This document shows positions 30,322 through 39,688 of a stretch of DNA of 64,000 nucleotides, piece after piece. Location of the stretch: assembly GCA_040002615.1 (NCBI GenBank), contig JBDUEE010000003.1, positions 9,671 through 73,670 of the forward strand, written 5' to 3'. Both the position numbers and the translations under genes were made by a program. Origin of the DNA: Chloroflexota bacterium (lineage in GTDB: Bacteria; Chloroflexota; Limnocylindria; QHBO01). Each line of letters opens with the position of its first letter. Position 1 is the first letter of the stretch. The notes under the pieces are model-generated. The model saw only the letters and a list, made by a program, of their open reading frames with translations. It had not been told where the DNA came from and made no database searches.

Positions 30322-31538
30322 AGCGCCTCCGACGGGTGGCCGCGGCGAGCGGTCTTGCGTTGACCATGCTCATGACGACTGCAGCAGTCGCATTCGGTTA
30401 CGACGATCCAATTCAGGTCAAAGTCGAGACGTGGACATCTGAGGACGGCCGCGCGTACGTCGGGGTGCAGGCCGCGGCCGAGTGGGCCGTGCCGGCGACC
30501 GAGACGACCGCCGCCGACACAACCTACTACTCGCGCTGGGACCTGATGGGTATCACGCAGGCCTACAACCAGTTCTGGTGGGTGTGGGTCTATCGCACGG
30601 CTGATGACTCGCGGGTCAACGTCAGCTCGCCGATCACGCTCTTCACCAGCGATCGCCAGCCAGGGATCGGGATCCGCCCGGAGGCGCAGGGCGAGCTGAG
30701 CCTATACCTCGATGTCGCGGTCAACCCCGTCAGCGGGCCGGCGCGCTCGGCGCGGACGATCAGCGCCGAGCTGACCACCGGCTGGCTCGACGCCGTTGGC
30801 GGCGTCATCAGCGCGTACGTCATCCACGACTCAGTGACGGTCGAGGGATGGACCGTCGACTTCGGCGACGGCTCGGTCGAGACCCTCCCGCCGCAACCGG
30901 GCAACCAGGAGCGCCTGTCGGTTCAGCATCGGTACGCCGAAGCGGGCAGCTTCGACGCGGTCGTCACGGCGCGTGTCAGCGGCCAGGCGTACGCCGCCTT
31001 CTTCGCACCGGGCGGCGTCCCGGTGGAACGGGTGATCCCGTGGCAGCTTGACATCACCAACAGCGCGACCGGCATCAGCGCCCTGCCGATCGAGTACGTG
31101 CCGCCGGTGGTCGAGGTCGGAGCCAGCCCGTCAGGCATCCTGACCGACGGCACGGTCATCGAGCCGGACACTGACGGGCACGCCGCGCTGTGGTGGCCAC
31201 GCGGTCTGCTGTGCGAGCTCTTCCCACGCGCCACCGTGGTAACCGAGGGCTTCATGCGGTCCAGCGGCGTCACGATCGGCGGCGCCACCACTCGCCTCGT
31301 CGGCTATCGGTACGAGGCCGCCGTCAACAACGCCTCGGCGGCAACTGCATCCGGTCACTACGCCGCCGGCGAACCGATCCGCATCCAGTGGAATACGCCG
31401 CTGCCGGCTCAGGGCAGCTACCCGGTGCGCCTGGTCCTCGAGCTCGAAACGACCTACGACGACGACACCGTCCGCACCTACGAAGCTGCCGGCACGGTGG
31501 ACATCACCGTCGTCTACAGCGCGGTGGGCGGCTCGTGA
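30318..31538 (+). CDS. secreted protein with PKD-like domain (possible pilus-associated adhesin)
   Basis: GTG start, signal peptide VKRLRRVAAASGLALTMLMTTAAVAFG; WTVDFGDGSVETLPPQPGNQERLSVQHRYAEAGSFDAVVTARV matches PKD signature (WxFGDG...HxYxxxGxYxVxL). Confidence 0.5.
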   Translation: MKRLRRVAAASGLALTMLMTTAAVAFGYDDPIQVKVETWTSEDGRAYVGVQAAAEWAVPATETTAADTTYYSRWDLMGITQAYNQFWWVWVYRTADDSRVNVSSPITLFTSDRQPGIGIRPEAQGELSLYLDVAVNPVSGPARSARTISAELTTGWLDAVGGVISAYVIHDSVTVEGWTVDFGDGSVETLPPQPGNQERLSVQHRYAEAGSFDAVVTARVSGQAYAAFFAPGGVPVERVIPWQLDITNSATGISALPIEYVPPVVEVGASPSGILTDGTVIEPDTDGHAALWWPRGLLCELFPRATVVTEGFMRSSGVTIGGATTRLVGYRYEAAVNNASAATASGHYAAGEPIRIQWNTPLPAQGSYPVRLVLELETTYDDDTVRTYEAAGTVDITVVYSAVGGS

Positions 31539-32312
31539 ACGGTATCGGCCCAGAGCCCCGCTCCGACTCGTTGATCGTCCTGATCCCGAGCCCGCTGCTC
31601 GGCCCGTATTCGTGGTCCTTGGTTCATCACGAGCTGGCTGAGCGCGGCTAGGATGCGCTGGTCTCGGATGATCTGCACGACCCAGTCGGGCGGCAGCCCT
31701 GCTGGCGGCGCACGGTCGGCGGCGTCGAGGCCAGGCTGCGGGATTCCGAGGAAGAAAGGCCGGTCGTCCTGGTCGCCCACAGCGGCGCCGGTCCGCTGCT
31801 GCCCGCCATCGGCGCGATCGTGCAGCAGCCGATCGCCGCTTACCTCTTCGTCGACGCTGGTCTACCGAGCGGGGGCAACAGCCGGCTTGAGGCGATCGCG
31901 ACCGAGGATCCGACATCCGCCGCCGAGCTGGGCGCCGCTCTGGACGCTGGCCGGCGCTTCCCCGCCTGGACCGATGACGATCTGCGCCAGCTCGTCCCTG
32001 AACCGGATCGGCGGCAGGCGCTGCTAATCGAGCTTCGGCCGCGAGGGCGGGACTACTGGACCGAGGAACTGCCCGACGTCGCGGTTGGCCCGACGCGCCG
32101 TGCGGCTACCTCACGTTCAGCCCTCCATACCTGTCCGCAGCCGAGCACGCGCGGCGCGCCGGGTGGCCGGTGCGCCACCTACCAGCGGGTCATTTCCACC
32201 AGCTCGTCGATCCGGCCGCCGTGGCCGACGCACTGGTCGACCTGCTCGCCGATTTCTCGATCCGGTCACAACGCAGGGGTGCAGCCGCGGCACTGAAGGG
32301 AGTCACGACATG
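31536..32312 (+). pseudogene. alpha/beta-hydrolase-fold gene, degraded: in-frame TAG (31649-31651) where a Tyr is expected plus a frameshift near 32090
   Basis: VNGIGPEPRSDSLIVLIPSPLLGPYSWSLVHHELAERG*DALVSDDL...RPVVLVAHSGAGPLL (nucleophile elbow)...[frame change]...CGYLTFSPPYLSAAEHARRAGWPVRHLPAGHFHQL (catalytic His). Sits inside the coupled operon with GTGA/ATGA overlaps at both ends. Confidence 0.55.
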
Positions 32313-33005
32313 AGAACCAACCGTGGGGCGTACGTCGCCATCTTCGTCGTGGCCAGCCTGGTCGCCGCCGGGGTCTACTACCTGGCACAGCCGCGCGCCG
32401 ACGTGGTCCGCGCCCGCGCCGACATCGCCGTCCTGACGCTCGTCACCGCCGACATGGTCGAGGTCGTCAGGGTCAGCCCCGGTGACCGATCTGACGACGC
32501 CGCGACATCGATCGCCGACGTCGTCGGGCAGTACGCCGCCATGCCGATCCTAGCCGGGCAGTTCGTCGACCGCCGCGCTCTGGAGTCGACCCCCGGCGCG
32601 CAGGCCTTTGGCTTCGGCGCGCCATTGCCTCCCGACCATGTCGCCTTCGCCATCGCGGTCGAGCCGGCGCAGGCGGTGGGCGGTGCGCTGACACCCGGCG
32701 CCCTCATCGACGTCATCGCGGTGCCCAACGCGCTCAAGACGCTGCCCGCCGACGTCGAGTCGGTGCCGGAGGCGACGGTGCTCGGCGAAGGCCTCGTCGT
32801 GCTGGCCTTGCGCAGCGTCGACGGCAGAGCGCTGACCGACCCCGCCGCCAGCACGCAGAGCGTCACCAGCCTGCCGCCGCGGCTGGGCAGCGTGGTGGTC
32901 GCCGTGCCCGCCGCCGAGCTTCCCGACTTTGCCAGCGCGTCACTGACCTCGACGTTGTACCTGGCGCTCAACGGCCAGGCTGATGGGGAGCCAGCCTCGC
33001 CGTGA
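32310..33005 (+). CDS. cpaB: CpaB/RcpC-like Flp pilus assembly protein (TM + SAF domain)
   Basis: MRTNRGAYVAIFVVASLVAAGVYYL (TM) then ADIAVLTLVTADMVEVVRVSPGDRSDDA...GQFVDRRAL (SAF-like). Confidence 0.6.
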   Translation: MRTNRGAYVAIFVVASLVAAGVYYLAQPRADVVRARADIAVLTLVTADMVEVVRVSPGDRSDDAATSIADVVGQYAAMPILAGQFVDRRALESTPGAQAFGFGAPLPPDHVAFAIAVEPAQAVGGALTPGALIDVIAVPNALKTLPADVESVPEATVLGEGLVVLALRSVDGRALTDPAASTQSVTSLPPRLGSVVVAVPAAELPDFASASLTSTLYLALNGQADGEPASP

Positions 33006-35209
33006 GAGCGCTCATGCGCCGCGCAGCGCGGCCGGCGGCCAAGGCCGCGGATCCGACGCCCTGGCCGTCGCTATCGGCGGACGCCGAGCTCGTCCACGCC
33101 GATGGGCAGCTGCTGGCCGGGTTCGAGCTCGGGCCGCTCAATCTGGAACTGCTCGCTGAAGCCGAGCGAGAGGCATCGCTGGAGGCGCTGGCCGCCCTGT
33201 ACGACGCCATCCCGCGTCCGTTCCAGCTGCTGTCAGTACCCGCTGCGCGCGACCCGAACGACCACCTGGCGCACATGCAGGCCGTCGTCGCCGGTCGTCG
33301 TGCCAAGACCGCGTTCGCCTCCTACGCAGCGCTGTACCGCGAGCTGGCCGCCGCGCCGCGGCGTCCATTGCGGGCCACCTATCTGATCGTCGGCGCCGGT
33401 TCCGAGGCCGAGCTGCGGCGGATCGCCGAACTGGTGCGCCGCGTCGGGGAGGAACGTGGCGTGGAGCTGCGTCACCTGACCGGCGCCGAGCTGACCGAGC
33501 TGTGGGCAACCCTCGCCGGAGCCGGGAGTGAGCACCGGCTTTCGGTCCACACCGCGAATGGCGAGGGAGTCCTGGCTGGTCTTGTGTTCGGCCGCCGCTG
33601 GCCGTCGCAGGTGCCGCCCGGTTGGCTGGCAGGCCTGCTGGCAACGCCGGGGCTGACGGCGTTGTCGATGCGCGCGCCGCCGCTGTCGCGCGCCGAGGCG
33701 ATGAGCTTCATGACCGCCCGCCTGCGGCATGCACGCGCCGGCGAACGGCTGGCCTCCGAACGCGGCGAGGTCGAGGATCCCGAGCGACAGCGGATCGGCG
33801 CCACTGCGCTCTCGGCGCGGCGCGCGACGCAGGCCGGGCAGGGCCGCATCTACTTCGCCGACACGGTTCTGCTGATTGCGGCGCCCGACCGCGCCACCCT
33901 CCACGAGCGGATCGAGGCGGTTCGCCTCGAGGCCCGCAGCCAGCAGCTCGAGGTCGAACTCGCCAGCTTCCGCATCGACCAGGCCTGGCAGAGTGCGCTG
34001 CCGGGTCCGCATCCCCGTCCGCTTGCCGAGCGCAACCTCGATACGCCCAGCCTCGCCGCCAGCCTGCTGCACACCAGCTCCGACCTGTACGAGCCGACCG
34101 GTCACCTGTACGGCCGGCAACGCTCGTCTGGGGCGCCGATCGTGCTCGACCGCTTCGCGCGGCCCAGCCACAACGCCATCGTGCTGGGTCAGACCGGCAC
34201 TGGCAAGACCATGTTCACCGGCGCCGAGATGAGCCGCTGCTTTCTGCGCGGCATCCGCGTGCTGGGCGTCGATCCGCTGGGCGATTTCCGGCGCCTGGCA
34301 GAGGAGTTGGGCGGGACCTATCTGGAGCTCGGCGCGCCCGGCGTCGGGCTCAATCCGTTCACGCTGACCGGAGCCGGCGATCCAGGCGCCTTCAGCGCCA
34401 AGCTGGCGATGCTGTCACGGCTCGTTGGCGCCATGGCCGGAGGGCTGAGCCGCGACGAGCGTCCGGCGCTCGACCGAGCACTGCGAGCAGCCTACCAGTC
34501 GGCGCGTATCGGCCCCGACCCGGCCACCTTCGATCGGCAGGCGCCTATGTTGGCCGACCTCGTCAACCACCTCGCCGGCGAGGCCGGCGGCACCTCGCTG
34601 ACGCACCGCCTCGAGCGCTGGGCGACCGGTTCGCTGGCCGACGTGCTCGGCAGCAACGTTGATGTGCCGCTCGATCGACGCATGCTGGTCATCGGGCTAG
34701 CGGCGATCGGCGATCCAGAGGTCCGCGCGGTCGCGCAGTACGCCGCACTGAGCGTCCTGTGGGACGCCGTCCGGCGCGACCTGGCGCCCAAGCTGGTCGT
34801 GGTTGACGAGGCTTGGAAGGTCATGCGCCAGCCGTCGGGGGCCGACTTCGTCGAGGAGCTGGCGCGCTCGGCGCGCCACTACCACGCCGGCCTGCACCTG
34901 GCCACGCAGGACATCGTCGAATTCCTGCGCTCTGACTATGGCGAGTCGATCGTCAAGCAGTGCGACATCAGGGTCTTGCTGGGCCAGACGCCGGAGGCCG
35001 CCGACTCGCTGACGCGCTACTTCGACCTGACTCCCGCCGAGCGCCGCGCCCTGCTGCACGCGCGGCCCGGCGAGGGTCTTCTGTTCGTCGGTGGTTCCCA
35101 CGCCGCCTTTGAGGCAACCGTCAGCCGCCGCGAGTACGCCGTGCTCACCACCCGGCCGGCTGACCTGATCCAACCCGCTTTGAGAGAGCCAACCCCCGAT
35201 ACCTCGTGA
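33002..35209 (+). CDS. virB4: VirB4/TrbE/CagE-family T4SS ATPase
   Basis: Walker A LGQTGTGKTM, Walker B LVVVDEAWKVM (DEAW hallmark), TQDIVEF motif; ~400-aa N-terminal VirB4 domain; GTGA overlap with cpaB. Confidence 0.8.
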   Translation: MRALMRRAARPAAKAADPTPWPSLSADAELVHADGQLLAGFELGPLNLELLAEAEREASLEALAALYDAIPRPFQLLSVPAARDPNDHLAHMQAVVAGRRAKTAFASYAALYRELAAAPRRPLRATYLIVGAGSEAELRRIAELVRRVGEERGVELRHLTGAELTELWATLAGAGSEHRLSVHTANGEGVLAGLVFGRRWPSQVPPGWLAGLLATPGLTALSMRAPPLSRAEAMSFMTARLRHARAGERLASERGEVEDPERQRIGATALSARRATQAGQGRIYFADTVLLIAAPDRATLHERIEAVRLEARSQQLEVELASFRIDQAWQSALPGPHPRPLAERNLDTPSLAASLLHTSSDLYEPTGHLYGRQRSSGAPIVLDRFARPSHNAIVLGQTGTGKTMFTGAEMSRCFLRGIRVLGVDPLGDFRRLAEELGGTYLELGAPGVGLNPFTLTGAGDPGAFSAKLAMLSRLVGAMAGGLSRDERPALDRALRAAYQSARIGPDPATFDRQAPMLADLVNHLAGEAGGTSLTHRLERWATGSLADVLGSNVDVPLDRRMLVIGLAAIGDPEVRAVAQYAALSVLWDAVRRDLAPKLVVVDEAWKVMRQPSGADFVEELARSARHYHAGLHLATQDIVEFLRSDYGESIVKQCDIRVLLGQTPEAADSLTRYFDLTPAERRALLHARPGEGLLFVGGSHAAFEATVSRREYAVLTTRPADLIQPALREPTPDTS

Positions 35210-36165
35210 GGCGCCGCGCGGGCTGCGGCTGCCTGGGCTGCGGCGCGCTGCTGTTCGTCACGTTCGCGATCCTGACCGGCTCGGTCGGCGTGCTCGCCGG
35301 CAACTGGGGCGGGCTGGCCCGGCCAGCGGTGCCCGACTCTGCCGCCGCGGTGGACGACATCCCCGTCGACTACCTGACCCTGTATCAGGACGCCGGTCGG
35401 GCCTTCGGCCTCGACTGGCCGGTGCTGGCCGCCGTTGGACGGGTCGAAAGCGATCATGGCCGCCTGACCGCCGGCTGCGAGCCGAACGAGGCCGGTGCCG
35501 TCGGGCCGATGCAGTTCCTGCCCGCCAGCTTCGCCCAGGCGTCGGGCTGGGCCGGGCTCGCTGCGGCCGACATCTGCGACCCCGACGATGCCGTCCCGGC
35601 CGCAGCTGCCTACCTGCGCCACTTCGGCGCGCCCGACGATTGGCGCCGCGCACTCTTCGCCTACAACCACTCGCAGGCCTACGTCGATCTGGTCCTGGCC
35701 TGGGCCGCCCGCTACGGCCACGCCACCGCGGTCGTCTGGCCGCTCGATGGACCGATCACCCAGTTCTTCGGTCCGACCGACTTCGAGCTCCAGCCGCCGC
35801 TGTGGTACCGCGGCCGCTGGTATGAGCACTTCCACGCCGGGATCGACATCGGCGCACCGGTCGGCACCCCGGTCGTCGCCATCGCCGCCGGGGTCGTCAC
35901 CTTCGCCGACGAGATCGCCGACGGCGCGGTGGTGGTCGAGATCGAGCACGCGCCGGGCGTGACGTCGGCCTACGCCCATCTCCAGCGCGACCCGCCGGTG
36001 CGCACCGGCCAGCCGGTTACGGCCGGCGAGGTCATCGGCGCCGTCGGTCTGACCGGCATCACCACCGGCCCCCATCTGCATCTGGCCGTCTTCGCCGGCG
36101 GCGAGTTCGTCGATCCGTTGTCCGTCCTGCCAGCCCGCATCGAGGAGGTGCCCCGTGGCCGCTGA
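35206..36165 (+). CDS. bifunctional cell-wall hydrolase: lytic transglycosylase (SLT-like) + M23 metallopeptidase (VirB1/TcpG/PrgK analogue)
   Basis: AAVGRVESDHG...GPMQF (SLT catalytic Glu and GxMQ), C-terminal HAGIDIGAPVGTPV ... GPHLHLAV (M23 HxxxD and HxH motifs); TM anchor at N-terminus. Confidence 0.8.
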   Translation: MRRRAGCGCLGCGALLFVTFAILTGSVGVLAGNWGGLARPAVPDSAAAVDDIPVDYLTLYQDAGRAFGLDWPVLAAVGRVESDHGRLTAGCEPNEAGAVGPMQFLPASFAQASGWAGLAAADICDPDDAVPAAAAYLRHFGAPDDWRRALFAYNHSQAYVDLVLAWAARYGHATAVVWPLDGPITQFFGPTDFELQPPLWYRGRWYEHFHAGIDIGAPVGTPVVAIAAGVVTFADEIADGAVVVEIEHAPGVTSAYAHLQRDPPVRTGQPVTAGEVIGAVGLTGITTGPHLHLAVFAGGEFVDPLSVLPARIEEVPRGR

Positions 36166-36212
36166 GTTCCGTTCCCACCATCCGTCCCCCATCACACCGC
36201 GAGGAGATCGCC

Positions 36213-38555
36213 ATGGCCGTTGAGTTCCCGATTCCCTACGAGCTGTTCCTGATCGTGCCGGCGCTGTTCGGCGCAGCGGTGCTCGCCGTCCAGCTGGGTC
36301 CGCGCCTCGTCGCCGCCCGCCGCCAGGCGGCATACGAGCGGGTGATCGCTACCGAGCTCGAGCGGCTCGAGATCGCGGTCCCCGCCAATCAGCGTCTCGA
36401 CCCCGATACGCCGGTCGAGCTCATCCGCGCCCTCCATCCCCGACAACGGCGCGGCGTCGACCGTTGGGCGGTGGGGTGGCCGCCGTTCGAGGTTCGCGTG
36501 GTGGCTAGCGACGGCGAGCTGGCCTGGCAGGTCGACGCCCCGCGCCAGCTGAGCCATCAGCTCATGGCGGCCGTGCGCAGCCTGTATCCGGGCAGCGAGA
36601 TTGCCAAAATTGAACGCGGGGAAGCCGCGGCGACCGCGACGGCGGTCGGTAGCCTGGCCGCTCCTGGTCACTGGCCGCTGGGCGATCCGGCTGAGCCCGG
36701 ACGGGCGCTGGTTCAGCTCGCAGCGCTGCTCGAACAGTCACCGCTCGATCACGGTGAAGTACGACTGCGGCTCCTCGCCAAGCCGATCGCGCCCGAGAGC
36801 TGGCAGCGCGACCTGTATCCCGAGGAGCAGCGTGGGCGCTCGTTCGGGAGCATCGCCGGCGAGGCGCTGCTGGACGCGATCTTCAACCGCCCCAGCAGCA
36901 TCGGCCACGACGTTCCGGTCGTGCTGTCCGCCGCCGAGCGGGAGGCGCGATCGCGCAAGCGGGTGGCGCAGGTCGGGTTCGAGGTCGGGATGCTGCTCGA
37001 AGTTGCAGGACTCGACGTCGCCGAGGCCAAAGCCCTGCTGTGGCAGCTGATCGACTTCGCCGACGCCGTCGGTGACGGGCGCCAGGCGATCGCCTGGACC
37101 ATCCGGCCCGGAGCGGTCGAACGTCCGCGCCGCGCGCCGTTGGGCGACTGGGAGCTCGCCAAACTGTGGCGCCTGCCGGACGCCGCCTTCGACGACGCCC
37201 ATCTCCAGCGCCAGCGACCGATGATCGGACCGACCCCGGCATCCGCGCCGCGCGGCGGGCTCATCACCATCGGCGAGACGCGCCAGGGAGCCCTGCAGCT
37301 CAGCGTCGAGCAACTCGCGCGCCACATGCTGGTGGTGGGCGCCACCGGCGCCGGCAAGAGCACGATGCTCGTCGATCTGGCGCTGGGTGTGCTGGACACG
37401 CCCATCGGGGCGACCGTGATCGACCCGCATGGCGACCTGGCCACCGACATCCTGAGTCGCGTTCCCGCACAGCACGCCGACCGGGTGCGAGTGCTGCGCC
37501 TGGCGGACAAGGCCCATCCGCGGGGGTTCAACTTCCTCGAGCGTGCCGATCTCGACGAGGCGCAACTAGTGGCAAGCGAGTTCGTGGCTCTGTTCGAGGA
37601 TCTGTGGCCCAAGTTCTGCGGCCCCAAGATGGCGCACTACCTGCGCAAGTCGCTGCTCACCATGCTGTCGCACCCCGAGCCGCAGACAGTGATCGAGCTG
37701 GTCCGGCTGCTGACCGACGACGACCTGCGCGAGAACGAGTACATGCGCTACGTCGCGGGCGACCCGCTGCTGTTCGACTTCTGGCGCAACGAATGGCCGT
37801 CGCGCAGCGCGCGCGAACACGACAGCTCGATCAAGGCGGTCCTGAACAAGCTCGGCGCGTTCGTCAGCTACCACTCGATCCGCCACGTCGTGGGCCAGGG
37901 CGTCAGCTCGCTGCGCCCGCGCGACGTGATGGATCGCGGCGACCTGCTGGTGGTCGATCTATCCCGCGTCGGCGGCGACAACGCCAGCCTGTTCGGTGCG
38001 ATGCTCATCGGCCGCTACTACATCGACGCCGTCGGCCGTCAGGGAACGGCAATTGGCGAACGTCGTCAGCACCTGCTCATCGTCGACGAGGCGCAGCGCT
38101 TCAGCACCCGCGCCATGGACAAGATCCTGGTCGAGGGTCGCAAGTTCGCCCTGGCCGGTGTGCTGGCCACCCAGTCACTGCATGGGGCCGATCGGCGCCT
38201 GCACGACACGATCGTGACCAACGTTGCCACCATGGCCCTGCTGTCGCCGGGTGCCGATGACGCCAGGGAGCTGGCACGCCTCTTCACCCCGCTGGGCGAA
38301 ACCGATCTGCTGGCGCTGCAGCGTCACGAGTTCGCGTTGCGCATGCCCGGTACCGACGACCGCCCGGCGGTCTATGGCGGACGGGTGCGGCTGCCCGCCG
38401 CCGGAGACCCAGCTCGAGCCGCCGCTCTCGTGGCCGCCAGCGACCAGCGCGACGGTCGCCCACTCGAAACGGTCCGGGGCGAGGTGCATCGCCGCGCGGG
38501 AGGCGACCGCGACGACCGACCGCCGAACGCGGTCAGCGACGATCGGGCGCGATGA
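36213..38555 (+). CDS. type IV coupling-protein-like ATPase (VirD4/TraG-TraD or HerA/FtsK-like DUF87 family)
   Basis: Walker A HMLVVGATGAGKSTML, DPHGDL, Walker B LLIVDEAQRF, VLATQS; N-terminal TM; 780 aa. Confidence 0.65.
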   Translation: MAVEFPIPYELFLIVPALFGAAVLAVQLGPRLVAARRQAAYERVIATELERLEIAVPANQRLDPDTPVELIRALHPRQRRGVDRWAVGWPPFEVRVVASDGELAWQVDAPRQLSHQLMAAVRSLYPGSEIAKIERGEAAATATAVGSLAAPGHWPLGDPAEPGRALVQLAALLEQSPLDHGEVRLRLLAKPIAPESWQRDLYPEEQRGRSFGSIAGEALLDAIFNRPSSIGHDVPVVLSAAEREARSRKRVAQVGFEVGMLLEVAGLDVAEAKALLWQLIDFADAVGDGRQAIAWTIRPGAVERPRRAPLGDWELAKLWRLPDAAFDDAHLQRQRPMIGPTPASAPRGGLITIGETRQGALQLSVEQLARHMLVVGATGAGKSTMLVDLALGVLDTPIGATVIDPHGDLATDILSRVPAQHADRVRVLRLADKAHPRGFNFLERADLDEAQLVASEFVALFEDLWPKFCGPKMAHYLRKSLLTMLSHPEPQTVIELVRLLTDDDLRENEYMRYVAGDPLLFDFWRNEWPSRSAREHDSSIKAVLNKLGAFVSYHSIRHVVGQGVSSLRPRDVMDRGDLLVVDLSRVGGDNASLFGAMLIGRYYIDAVGRQGTAIGERRQHLLIVDEAQRFSTRAMDKILVEGRKFALAGVLATQSLHGADRRLHDTIVTNVATMALLSPGADDARELARLFTPLGETDLLALQRHEFALRMPGTDDRPAVYGGRVRLPAAGDPARAAALVAASDQRDGRPLETVRGEVHRRAGGDRDDRPPNAVSDDRAR

Positions 38556-38590
38556 ACGCGCTGGGTCAGGCTTGCGCGTGGACGGTAATT

Positions 38591-38630
38591 GGGACGCCAA
38601 AGGGGGCGCCAAAGGGGGCGCTGACGCGCG
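38591..38630. repeat. 12-bp direct tandem repeat cgccaaaggggg x2 embedded in a dyad gggacg...cgctgacgcgcgc; candidate oriT/nic region upstream of Replic_Relax gene
   Basis: gggaCGCCAAAGGGGGCGCCAAAGGGGGcgctgacgcgcgcaataaacg read directly; in the 130-bp gap between T4CP gene and relaxase-like gene. Confidence 0.45.
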
Positions 38631-38688
38631 CAATAAACGTCCACCAGATCAGTTCGCGGCTGTGGGTCGATCAGAGGGAATGCTCTCG

Positions 38689-39630
38689 ATGAGTGCGGCC
38701 TTCCGCAGCGGTGATGTGCACTCGCGCTCGCACCCGCGTCGAGTCGACCTCGCGGCGCTACCCGCCCGTGACCGCGCCGTGCTGCGCCTGCTGTACCGCA
38801 TGGAAGCAGCGACCGCACGCCAGCTCACCGACCTCGCCTACCGGCGAGCACGCAAGGGGCAGTACCGTCTGCAACAGCTCTGGCGTCTGCGCCTCACCGA
38901 GCGGACCTCCGTAGCGACCGACCACGCTGGCGCTCCGCCCTACGCACACCGTCTGACCTACCACGTGCGCCAGCGCCTCGGCTACCGAACCCGTCGACCG
39001 CAGCTCAGCAGTCGCCTGCGCCACCTCCTCGATAGCCACGACGTGGTATGCGCGTTGGCGCAGCCCATCCCCGACGCACCGGATGGACCGATGCAGGCCT
39101 GGCTGACGGCTCCGATGGCGGGCAGGGTCCTCGGCAGTGCGATCGAACCGGACGGCGTGGTCATCCTCCAGCTCAAGAAGCGGTCCGCCGTCGTGTGCAT
39201 CGAGCTCGACGAAGGTACCGAGCACCATCCGGTCATCATCGACAAGCTCGAACGCTACGCGGCCCAGCTCCGCGATCGGGGTAGCTGGCACCTGCTGCTC
39301 GTCGTTCCTGGGCGCGACCGGTTGGCACGCGTGCGACGCCTGGCCCGACGGCCGGGTCTCGAAATGCGCGGGCACGCGTGGGTCACGCTGCTGGCGGACG
39401 TCCGAAGACGCGGCCTCAATGCGGACGCCCATCCCGCCTGGTCGGTGGACGGTCCTGTCGCGCTCGCCGACCTGATCGATGACCAGCGCGACCGAAGCTC
39501 GGCTGCGCCCGTTGCCAGCGATGCGTGGCTCGACCTGTTGGCCACCGGCGGCGTAGAGGACTTCGACAGAATTCTCGCCGGAACGGCGAGCCTGGCCGTT
39601 TCCGCTCTCGAGCAGGGTCACAACGGCTAG
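38689..39630 (+). CDS. Replic_Relax (replication-relaxation) family protein, putative relaxase/initiator of the element
   Basis: wHTH-like N-terminus LPARDRAVLRLLYRMEAATARQLTDLAYRRARKGQYRLQQLWRLRLTER...GAPPYAHRLTYHV and LRHLLDSHDVVCAL motif typical of PF13814 proteins of actinobacterial plasmids/ICEs. Confidence 0.55.
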   Translation: MSAAFRSGDVHSRSHPRRVDLAALPARDRAVLRLLYRMEAATARQLTDLAYRRARKGQYRLQQLWRLRLTERTSVATDHAGAPPYAHRLTYHVRQRLGYRTRRPQLSSRLRHLLDSHDVVCALAQPIPDAPDGPMQAWLTAPMAGRVLGSAIEPDGVVILQLKKRSAVVCIELDEGTEHHPVIIDKLERYAAQLRDRGSWHLLLVVPGRDRLARVRRLARRPGLEMRGHAWVTLLADVRRRGLNADAHPAWSVDGPVALADLIDDQRDRSSAAPVASDAWLDLLATGGVEDFDRILAGTASLAVSALEQGHNG

Positions 39631-39688
39631 CAGACACACAACGCGCGTTCATCTTGGACCTCGACCAGATTGCGCCTACCGGCGCCAA

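Noticed and set aside
33233-38260. ORFs 33233-34171 (-), 33622-34662 (+), 35017-36333 (-), 36738-37627 (-), 37166-38260 (+)
   Set aside because: Shadow ORFs inside VirB4, SLT/M23 and T4CP genes; translations are Arg/Ala/Gly-rich without motifs.
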